A DNA stretch of 64,000 bases from Antedon mediterranea (taxonomy: Eukaryota; Animalia; Echinodermata), in the NCBI RefSeq assembly GCF_964355755.1, contig NC_092670.1, positions 19,826,795 to 19,890,794 of the forward strand. The letters run 5' to 3'. Within the stretch, counting starts at the first letter, position 1. Each line of letters starts with the position of its first letter. The position numbers and the translations under genes are program-made. Below the pieces are notes generated by a model. That model searched no databases. It was not told where the DNA came from and saw only the letters and a program-made list of their open reading frames with translations. Below, piece by piece: positions 28,401 through 38,200 of the stretch.

Positions 28401-31400
28401 GTTAAACTACTACTATAACTTTACTTATTAATAGACAAAACAAAATTATTATCCATTTTCATTCAAATGTACTTTTTAAGTTAAATCAGTCTCTTCGTCA
28501 ATACATACATGACCACTAGCATGTGTACTTAACACAGCTGAACATCACCTGTATTCAAATATAGGTCAGTTTGTTGTAGCCAAGGTAATCATGAAAATTA
28601 TACCCAATATTCTCTTTTACTTCTGTTGCTTCAAGTGCATTTCGATATGGAAGATTAATTTAAGAATATGTTTTTTCATGTTTTATAATTTATTAGTAAA
28701 ATTATAACATTTTATATTAGATGTTTGGCTCTACTTGTAAATTTAATGTTCCATTGAATCATTTTTAGTAAAAATAATTTGACATATCATTGGCATAAAA
28801 GAAGATGATAAAATTAGTTTTAAATGGATTGGTTTTTGGAATATATTTAGAAAAATATATAATTGGGTCAAAGTTCAGTATGAATGCAGGTTTATGGGTA
28901 TCTGAATAGGCCATCATAGGCATAGGATAGAGAGGGATAGTATAATTGAATTAAGGATGGCCTGTAATTGGAGGTTATATACTTACAAGATAATAGAGAA
29001 ATTAAGAGTAGTGTCATCAAAGACCTTGACTTCACATCGATGGATGCTTCGACCATCTTTCGTCACAATATCTTTAACATTACCAACCTGTTGACAAAAA
29101 AGGACTGCTGCATTGAATGGTCTGGATCACTCTTAAACAGCAAGGGTGTTTCAGAAGTGTTAAAAATAATGTCATGATTATATAAGCAAGAAAGTAGATA
29201 AATAACAAAAACAGTGTAAAAAATAACAAAAAAACAGCTAAATCAAAAGTAATATTGAAAAGTTATCTATCATTTAAGGTTATATTCACACTGGAGATCT
29301 GAATAAATGAATGATTAAATGTCTCCAAACAGAAATCAGATTAGTTGTAAATTTTTATTAAATCTACATACTTGTCTAAAATTTAAGTGTATCCAATATA
29401 ATGCAAAATATGGATTATGTTGACCACTTACAGATTTGACCAGTACAAGCAGATTTATGTGATGTCCATTAAGATCTTGACCATTGGCAATGACATCCTC
29501 TAGTGTGTAGTAGTCATTTGCTTCCTTGATGGACTGGTGTAGCAAGCTCTGGAACTGGTCAACATCAGTACCAGTGTACAACTTGACCGAGGAATGGTTT
29601 TCACTCAATGACAACTGGAATGAACTGGAAAGATGAAGAGTACAAAACAAAGTGGTGTTGGTAGTCTATGAGTGCTAGCCTACCTGGATAAACCGACACT
29701 GGCCTATTCTCTCTGAGAAGAGAGCAACAACTTGAATATATACAAATCTATTTAACACCCTATCAGATAATGGTACATTCCATGAGGTAGCATACCAACA
29801 CACAACCATCATCATTTCTTTTCGAGACATGGTAGAGGTAACATGTCTGAATGAAGAGCTACAGATTAAAGATATATTGTCCCCCTAAAAAAATATTTTT
29901 TTAAATTTTTTTGTTGAATATGTTATTTTAATGTCACATAATAGTTATTCACTCTCACAAAAAATTGGGTCTGAAAAAAATGTATTTACCTAAGAAAAAT
30001 GTAATTTAAAGCAAAAAATGGTCAAATTGTCTGGAAGACAATGAGTTTTTGGGTAATTTAACTGTTTATTTTGTCTTTTTATAGGTGAAATAATTTTTTT
30101 CCTCCGTTTTTTTTCTTATGGAAGTGAACAACTTCATTAAAACTGCAAAATGGCCTATTCAAAGTCCGATTTTAAAAATCTTTATTTTTCATGATTTTGG
30201 GGGACAATACATCTTTAAACTGGAAAGATGAATAGCAGAACGTTTTGTTTAGTAGTATAGTGTATATGGACTGGACATTTGCTCATTGATTATAATTTTA
30301 TTGACCAAATACAGTTATTGAATAATTTAGCTCAATATACTTATGTTTATTTTGAAAGACAATGTGTATTTTAACTTATTTATAAATAATTTTAACTTTT
30401 AAAATGTAAAAGGGCCAGAGACTTCTACACATATGGACATAAATGTCCTAGGTAAGAAAGAATTCCAATTATAAATATTAAACAAATAAGCAAAAAACAT
30501 AAAAATAGAATTATTAAAGTGTATCACACATAACAAAAATGCAAATATGTGTAAATAAATTTAAACCGAATTCAGAGAAAGATTATTTAACAAAACATAA
30601 AATATAGTAAATCTCAAATGTAACTTTAACAAGAGTAAAATGTATCAGTAAATCTAGAATCTGATACTGTAAGCCTTTGATAAATCTACCTACTTGTCCA
30701 AGGCTTAAGTACATCTGAAATAATGCAACATAAGAAAAATAATAGAACACTTGAACGAAATGCAAGCAAGTAGATAAATAACTAAACACTGTATATCTCT
30801 AAAGTATCTGAAACATTGAAAATCAGTTAAGTTATATTCACACACGATCTGAATAAAACTAAAGAATCTAAAATATTAATATCAAAACAAAAAAAATAAT
30901 AATGGAACCAAAAACACACAGAAATGCAAGGAAGTAGATAAATAAAAAAGCAGTGTGAAAAGTAACAATAAATGGATAAATCAATTAAAAGTAATATTGA
31001 AAATGTATGCATTTAAAGTTATGAATAAACGATTTAATGTCTTCAAACAGAAATCATAGTTGTAAATTTGATTTAAATCTACCTACTTTAAATTAAGTAT
31101 ATCTAATATAATACAAAATAATGGAACAAAGAAAATGCACGCAAATAGATAAATGAAATTAACGATAGTGAGGCATTTAATGAATAGGCAAACTGCCTTA
31201 AAATGTGACATGTTTCAAGAAACTATTCTCATCAACAGAACAGAAAACAACGCCTAGAGTACTTATATACCAATAGGACAGGTTGTATTGGTATATAAGT
31301 ACTCTAGGCATCGTTTTCTCTTAACATGTCACATTTTAAGGCAGTTTGCCTATTCATTAAATACCTCACTATAGTTATTTTAACTCATAAGTTCGGTGGA

Positions 31401-34170
31401 ATCATTCATGATTTATCTAATAAATAAAATAACTATAACAGTGTATCTTGAAAATATCTGAAAAGTTAAACTCAACAGTTAAATCAACAAAGTAACATTT
31501 AAAAAAAACAAGTTTACATTTACACTACATCCAAATAACATCAGATTTGTTAGTGTGAATCAGGATTAAATATACCTGCTTGTACTAGGCTTATATTTTT
31601 CTTCAGCTTCGTAATCTGAACTCTGTTTAGCTTGCACCATGGGATTTGACACTACCACTATAATAATGGTAATAAACTTTTACAATTCATTGGAATATAT
31701 GTATAATTTACACATAAAGCTTGATTCCCACTAGCACGTAATGCAAAGAGGTAAGTACAATGCAAGCGAGTTGACCAATGACGAGCAACAGTTTGAATAA
31801 TCCATCGCTTGTGATTGGTAAAATTACTTGCATCGCACTTAGATCCTTAAGTCCTAGTAGTGTAAACCAAGCTTAAATTAAATATTTTTAGAACATACAG
31901 GGATGTGTACCAATAGTTTAGATTATTTGGTCTTTCGTTATTTTAATTAGCTTACAAATTTCTTTTATTTTCTTTTTTCTTTTTATATATCATCTACAGC
32001 CATGATCTTTATTCATGGCGGACCCATAATATAAAAAATTGAAATATATATATATATCAATCAAATAATAAATAGTTGATGTCATTTTATCTGTCAAAGC
32101 GGGAGTGCATGACCCAAGTGCTACCCCTGCTGGATCCGACCTGTTATTTATAAACATGACTAGTTGTAGACTTACCAATGTCAGAAACTTTAAAGCCAGT
32201 GGCCAATTCCTTGATGTACGCCTCTGATCCCCAGCATGAGATATGGATAAAATCTGTCACAGAGTCTCGCAATACAAAACTAAACACATACCTCGGTGTG
32301 TTGGGATCTAATAAAAAAGAACAGGTTAGATTAGCACTCCTCCTATGCAAACCACTTTTATGATTATGAATTTGTAAGCTATGAAATAAGCAATCTTCTG
32401 ATACCTCCCTGATAAAACCATTATATTAATTTGCTATACTCATCACTTACATTTTCTACTCACAACTGATCTGGGAGACTGTTTTGCAAGTACAATTCCA
32501 ATTAACATCTAGTTTTATTAGGAAGAAAAAAAACATATTCATTATTATTTCATTGAAAAAGGCCTACATAAATCAGCCAGACTGATTACGAAATTAACAT
32601 TTAAAAACTTTACTGCATTTTTTAATAAATTTTCAAAAATTCAGCATTGAAATATATATTTATACTGGGTAACCTCTTCAGTCAAAGACTGGTCTCTCAG
32701 AGGGCCCAGTTGGTGATCAGTGGCTGTGATGTACTAATACACCGGGGTAACCCCCTACTCGTCTCGAAAGATGTACTAGGTTCTTTAAAGTGCACACGAG
32801 CTAGATGTCTATGTTATGCGCGATTTGCGCAATTTGAAATTGCGCAAAAAAAATCCTTGCGCAATTTGAATTGAAACATGTGTTTCAAATTGCGCAAGCA
32901 ACGTATTAAATTGCGCAAGTAATCTGCAAATTGCGCAAGGTTTTTCGACAGATTGTGAAATCATGCACACCCATATTTTTATAGTAATTTCTAAGAATGA
33001 TTCAAAATTAAAGATAAATATCGCATTTCCTTATTTTAGTAGTGCAAATATTGTTATAAGTTAGCATACCGTCGAAGAACCGACGAAGGAAAACGAAGCG
33101 GTGGTGTTCCACCAGGCGGGCGTGGCGCGGGCGGCCGGCTATACTACTCTAGCCTAGCTAGGGTCTGGACTACTGATACTGACTAGGTTACATGGCCTAG
33201 CTTAAACTAATATTAAAAACTTAATTTTTACATTTATTTTGATTTATTTCAAGTTACAGTGATAATATTATTTAATTGTAATAATAAATGTTATGTATTT
33301 ATTATACACATGTTATCTTCGCATTTATTATGTTTTATTTTGAGTTATTTAGTTTCGAATAAATTATTATAATACCGATTTTCTGGTAGAATTTTGTTGC
33401 ACAATTTGAAAATTTACAGTTCGTTTTCAAATTGCGCAAAGGTGTCATATTGCGCAAGAACTATCTTGCGCAATTTACAAATTGTGCAGCGCAATTTAAA
33501 ATTGCGCAAAGATTTTCTTGCGCAATTTGAAATTGCGCAAGTTGATTGCGCAATTTGAAATTGCGCAAAAAAATCCTTGCGCAATTTTAAATTGCGCAAG
33601 AATTCTTTGCGCAATTTCAAATTGCGCAAGGATTTTTTTGCGCAATTTCAAATTGCGCAAATCGTTCAAATCGCGCATAACATCTACACTGAACCTACGG
33701 TTTATAGTCCTATCCGAGAAGACTCGTTCTACCACCAGAACCATGGAGTGAGTGAGTCTCGAACCCCTGCTGATGTTATGGCTACGTAATTACGGTTCCA
33801 CTGTCTTACCCACTCGGCCACTCACTCGCATAGCATTACATCAACACTCATTGAGTCATTTCATATTTTAGATAAGATATTCATCTGGAATTTAAAATAT
33901 GTAAGAGTTCCGAGGTTTGGGTAAGATAATACGTTATGTAACATAATGTAACCTGGGAAAAAAACCACAGCAATTGTCTATTACCACATTTGGAAGATGA
34001 GGTGAAAGATCAGCAATGAATGTCCTTATAGTCTGGTCTGAATTGCTGCTGTTACAGTTTTCTCTATTTGCTTTCTTTCTAGTCATATTCTGTACTGAAA
34101 TATCTCCAACCGATGTTCCATCCGGCCAAGCTCCTTGCGTACCAAAATTGAATGGTTCAGCCCATGCCAT
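16428..34170 (-). CDS. MEIOB: Meiosis-specific OB-fold protein MEIOB (510 aa, 13 coding exons)
   Basis: Exons: 34170-33985, 32508-32451, 32307-32176, 31657-31576, 29624-29432, 29087-28987, 26862-26810, 26522-26427, 22256-22161, 19150-18988, 18316-18130, 17520-17434, 16526-16428 (TGA). All GT-AG with consistent phases; total 1533 nt. Motifs RYVFSFVLRDS..FIHISCWG, LSENHSSVK, DYYTLEDVIANGQDLNG, CMTATVDSKTII..NPD.PEA, CASC...CNNSEC (Zn finger), ISDHTGS and KWKYLLE match vertebrate MEIOB as recalled. Confidence 0.96.
16740..16891. mobile_element. PIF/Harbinger-type MITE, family B
   Basis: AGCTTGGTT.CCACTAG...AACCAAGCT ends; related to 19186-19343 and 31718-31873. Confidence 0.65.
17780..17892 (-). 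mobile_element. Diverged Deu/Nin-domain SINE fragment
   Basis: GGTAACCCCTACTC...GGGTTCTT...GTGCAC...TACACTGGACC...ATCCGAAGAC aligns by eye with the core of the SINE at 32648-33829. Confidence 0.6.
19186..19343. mobile_element. PIF/Harbinger-type MITE, family B
   Basis: TTA|ATCTTGGCTCCC...GGGAACCAAGCT|TTA, with internal ACGCAAG repeats. Confidence 0.75.
19347..19475. mobile_element. PIF/Harbinger-type MITE, family A, abutting the family B copy
   Basis: TTA|AGCTCTGTCTACACTATCAA...TTGATAGTGTAGACAGGGCT|TTA. Confidence 0.8.
20460..20877. mobile_element. Nested Harbinger-like MITEs (inner element 20655-20836)
   Basis: Outer ends TACCCGTTTCACAC...GTGTGAATCGGGGTA. Inner ends AGGCCAATTTACACAGACG...CGTCTGTGTAAATTAGCCT. 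Confidence 0.6.
24740..26318 (+). mobile_element. Non-autonomous Helentron/DINE-1-like (HINE) element, about 1.58 kb
   Basis: 5' sub-TIR TAGGTGATCATTT with an adjacent inverted copy AAATGATCACCTA (24740-24771). 3' sub-TIR AAATGATCACCTA (26273-26285), then hairpin AATTCGTCA-AAG-TGACGAATT and terminal CTAGTT. Confidence 0.8.
27741..28405 (-). mobile_element. Non-autonomous Helentron/HINE-like element, second family
   Basis: Minus strand starts TTAACTCCGTCAAGGAAGTATATG, has a (GTTT)n tract then GTTAGCAGGATTAC, and ends GGCGGAGGTATGCACTCTTGGAGTGGCTTTCTAGTT (sub-TIR, hairpin, CTAG). Confidence 0.8.
29870..30214. mobile_element. Kolobok-type MITE, subfamily 2
   Basis: TTAA|AGATATATTGTCCCCC...GGGGACAATACATCT|TTAA. 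AG..CT termini with a TTAA TSD; internal sequence shared with 50803-51061. Confidence 0.75.
31160..31377. repeat. Long, near-perfect palindromic MITE (about 215-bp hairpin)
   Basis: ATAGTGAGGCATTTAATGAATAGGCAAACTGCCTTAAAATGTGACATGTT pairs with AACATGTCACATTTTAAGGCAGTTTGCCTATTCATTAAATACCTCACTAT. Inner arms CCTAGAGTACTTATATACCAATA / TATTGGTATATAAGTACTCTAGG. Confidence 0.85.
31718..31873. mobile_element. PIF/Harbinger-type MITE, family B
   Basis: TAA|AGCTTGATTCCCACTA...TAGTGTAAACCAAGCT|TAA; core GCAAGCGAGTTGACC..TGAC.AGCAACAGTTTGAATAATCCAT shared with 19186-19343. Confidence 0.8.
32648..33829 (-). mobile_element. tRNA-derived SINE with a Deu/Nin-like central domain, split by a DNA transposon
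   Basis: Minus strand has an A-box TGGCCGAGTGG and a B-box GGTTCGAGACT. These are followed by TCGGATAGGACTATAAACCG...TGCACTTTAAAGAACC...GAGTAGGGGGTTACCCCGGTGT, resembling the Deu/Nin core as recalled. The SINE is contiguous once 32812-33686 is removed. Confidence 0.75.
32812..33682. mobile_element. Non-autonomous TIR transposon, Ginger-like (TGT...ACA, 4-bp TSD), with sub-terminal TTGCGCAA arrays
   Basis: TCTA|TGTTATGCGCGATTTG...CAAATCGCGCATAACA|TCTA. Long imperfect TIRs made of TTGCGCAA repeats; GC-rich centre at about 33070-33140; no transposase ORF. Confidence 0.82.
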
Positions 34171-34750
34171 CTAAAATTGTATTTATTTAAGTTAAATATT
34201 TAAAAAAATGTATTGATATTACACACTGTGTAATATCAATACATTTTTACTGTCACTAGGGTCTATCTATCTTATTATCATCATTATTATGAGAATCTCT
34301 GAAATTATTGGAGTTTTGTGGACTACTATCCTAGCTAGGCCTATGTTTGACAAAGGAGATATCTCCCTGGTTTGACTTGTGGTAAGTAAAGTAAATTGCT
34401 AGGCCTGGCCTAGTTCCAGCAGACCAGTGCTGGCCAAACAACAGTTCGGTGGGCCGGCTGTGTGCGTAGTCTCTCCTGTTCTCCCTCCCCCTCTTACTTT
34501 TCTTAATTTTAGACTAGGCCTAGGCTTAGGGCCTAGGCCTCTAGTAGGCCTAGACTAGCTACTAGGTAGGCCTGGCATATGGCGTTCCATACAAATGACG
34601 ATATTAAACTGGCGGCCGCTTTGGTTGGCGGCCGCTTTGACCATACTCCGCCCTAGCTAGCCTACCGACGAGGCTTTATTATTAGCCACACACAGAGTCA
34701 TGGATGGTTGGGCAGGCTAGCCTACAGCTGGTTGTTGGCCCTTCCCTAAC

Positions 34751-35221
34751 CTGAATATGTTTATTTTTGTTTATTAATACTGTATTGAAAACTAACTAAC
34801 TGTAAACAAATATTTCTTTTTAAAACACACCACCACCAGCCTGTTCAAAATCCCCGCCGCTCTAGAAAAGCCGGCTGGGCTCAGCAGATCATCCGCGCAT
34901 GCACTTTCTCTCCGCAGCAGCAGTAGTCTGCGCGCGCTGCATACTGGGGTCAAAGCAGAGAGAGAGACGGTGGGTCAAAGTTTTTTTTCAATTCTTTATT
35001 TTCATTGGTTACTTCTTCAGAAATAAGAGTCCCTAAGTTAATGATAAAAACCGTCAAAGAGATCGTAGTCTCAAAATCAGACGTTCCATGGTATAAATAT
35101 TGAACATGTCTAAAGACCAATAATGGTATGCTAATACATACCTGACTGAAATAATTGAGTTGTTAAACAATTTTCTGTCTTATATCTAGTAATTTAGTAT
35201 TTAAACTAACATCATACAAAC
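34751..35221. promoter_or_regulatory. Divergent (bidirectional) promoter region of MEIOB and the LRR gene
   Basis: CpG-rich patch at about 34840-34980. A probable non-coding MEIOB exon 1 ends at 34751 (CAG|GTTAGG), since the MEIOB ATG directly follows an AG acceptor. The LRR ATG is at 35222. Confidence 0.65.
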
Positions 35222-38200
35222 ATGCTAAAACCCACTAGTTCTTTAGTCTTTTCAGAACGCCCTACTAGATACGTTAACGGTGTTAGAAAGAAAGAACACC
35301 ACCTCAAGCCACTTTTACCAGTGGTTGCTAGCCACGCCGTCACAAGCGAAAGGAGACAGACACGGCCGGAAGGGCTGAAACCCGCCGCCAGTTCACCAAA
35401 CAACGCAACAATTTCTGGGCCTAGAAAAACGAAAAGTGCTGGCTCTGATCGAAGAAAAAAGACTGAAGTAATAAATGAGAAACGAGCTTTTTCTAGTACT
35501 ACTAGGTCATCGAAAAATAGCAATAACTCCAGGTTTGTTAAAAAACGTCAATTTTATAGTTTACTAAAAATATATTATTAATATTATTAAACACTGTGTG
35601 TGACGTGTGTGATTGAATGAATAATAAATACAGTTAATAAATACATACAGTATAAAAGACCTAGGTCCAGGCATGGTAATAGTAATACTAAGCTTACTGT
35701 AAATGTTGTTATTATAGATATATATTTATATGTATATTAATTATATATTTATCAACTTTACAGAGGTAGGTATACAATTTTTTTTTGTTCAGTCACTGTT
35801 CAAGTCAACTGCAAGTTAATGAAAATGCACTAATTTGATGAGAGTGGATATAAAATAAAACACCAATCACTGAATTAAAAAATTGTAAAACAAAAACTAT
35901 TATTTAACAGATCAAAAAGAGGCTGCAGGACAGAAGCTAATGACACTAGACTAAATCCTGACATTGAATATGGTGGTTGGGTAGATGAAACTTCAGACAT
36001 ACTTTTTATTGACTCAAAATCAGCTTCGACGAGACCTTCTGAAGGTACTGTAACACACGGAAAGATTTTACCAAAAGACTTGGTAAGTATGGGTAGATTA
36101 CGCAGAAAGTAGCCTGGTATAATTGTCTCAGTTCAGTCCAAATTATCTCACTAGATTGGGCTAACAATGCCAGTCACTATGTCTCAATAAGATGAGAAAT
36201 GAGGATTAACTAAAGGTTCTTTCACACTTGTCTGGCACTGGCAAATCATATCAAATGGCAATGTTTCACTTTCACGATACTCCACGAGGCTATGTGCCAA
36301 TTGATATGCGCGTAGCTGTGTGAAAAGGAAACATCGGCGTTCGATTTGAATTGCCGGCGCCGGATTGGAACCTTGTCGGAACAGGTGTGAAAGACCCTTA
36401 CCACATTCAAGAAGGTTAACTAATTATTATTAATTTAAGTATAGTTTAAAGATGTATTGTCTCTTGAAACACAACAAAATGAAGGTTAAAATATTCTAAA
36501 TTTAAATTTGCCATATCAAAGTAATATTAAAGTTATTCACTTTAAGTCGAAAATTCGCGCCAAAAACAACAAGTTTACGTAATTAACAGGTAAATTAATA
36601 TGATTATATTTCGTCTGGAAAATCGTTGTGAGCAAAAGTAAACAAAGATTTCAAACCACGTGTTTGCATTAAGCATGATGCAAATTAGGATTGTTTACAA
36701 ATCGTCACGGTTGAGAAGGTGTTTTCACACAGATCGCGAGGAAGTTTTATGATTATGCATACAGAGTAGCCAAACAAGCGTGTTGCATTATAAATATGTT
36801 TTGATCGTAAACTTTGACTGGAAGTCAAAGTTATTTTTTGAACAAAAGAACGTCTGTATTTCAGTTAAATTATTTTTTTTTTCGACCAATTTTGGTGAAA
36901 GTTAATAATTATTATTATACTTTAAAATGACCCACTTTTTTTCGAAATATTTTATTTTTTATTTTTTGGGAATTAGTCAAAGGGACAATACATCTTTAAT
37001 AATATTGTCAAATGCTTTAATAACCTTAGTTTTTATGTCAGTATTTATTATTCCTGTAGCCATAGTTGTCAATTGTGAGCTACAAAACGTGAACTTTCTT
37101 TGATTGAGTTATTAAACCTATTTGTTTACCTATTTGATAGCTTATTCAATGTCAAGAGAGTGAATATGATAGCATATACGATATTAATCTCCATGCTTGC
37201 CACATCAAGAAAATTCATAATTTAGAAAAGGTATCATTTTTTTGTTCACTGATAATTTATTCATTATTATTACAGTATTACCCTATATTGTTTTTAATAG
37301 AATGTATATGAATTAATACAGTATTTATGATAATGTTATGTTATGTTATTTATGGTACAAGAGAATTGTGGTCTTTAGAGTTTAAATCCCACACTCTCCA
37401 GTTTAGTTAAACAAAATATTTTATTTACAATTTTTTTTAGGCTTGTATAGGTTTTCAATATTACATAAATTGAAGAGCTATTACATTTATTGTTTTCCTC
37501 TTTTACAGTTTAGGAAAGTTAAGATATTGGATTTATCGTGCAATGAAATAGAACAAATTGAACATTTATCAAGTAACACTGTAAGTTGTTATATTAATTG
37601 CTAAATAGTAAATTGGATACGATAATTTTGAGGTCATTGTGGTAATCATATCATCATTGTAAAATATCATATTATAAATTAATTTGCTTTGTATTATATC
37701 TTTCAGAATCTCAAAGAATTGAAACTTTATGGGAACAAAATTTCTGAAATTAAAAACCTTGAAAAGTAATATGTTTCTTTCTTTTTTTGTTATTTATTGT
37801 GTTTTTATTTTTATTGACTGTTGTTTTAAAATAATTGTATTGATGTTTTTTTTCAGGTTAACAGAACTGTGTATTCTTCAACTTCAGTTTAATAAATTAA
37901 AAAGTTTAGGTAAGAAAATTTGCATAATATTGTTGTACCATGTACCTTCTTTTGCGACCGCCCCTTTCTCCCTCCTGTATCACAGATCTCTCCATTCCTC
38001 ATTCCCTCTCTTTCCCTTACATAAGGTCATGCTTTACAAAATATAACAATCTCTACTTCTTTTGCTTTTTTCAGGAAAAGGTTTATTGTCTGCTAAAAAG
38101 CTAAAATGTCTGCGAGTTGACAACAACCATCTAACGCAAATTGAAGCCAGGGAGATTGCAGCTTTCTCTCAACTCACCAACCTTGATGTCAGCTGCAACA

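Noticed and set aside
33414-33789. Overlapping ORFs with LRNLKLRK / AQFEIAQ repeats
   Set aside because: These are translations of the TTGCGCAA transposon arms, open on both strands only because the repeats are palindromic.
33750-33829. tRNA gene
   Set aside because: A and B boxes are present, but the sequence continues into a SINE body and has no convincing cloverleaf or terminator.
35212-35523. 103-aa minus-strand ORF
   Set aside because: Antisense shadow of LRR exon 1, with no splice or homology support.
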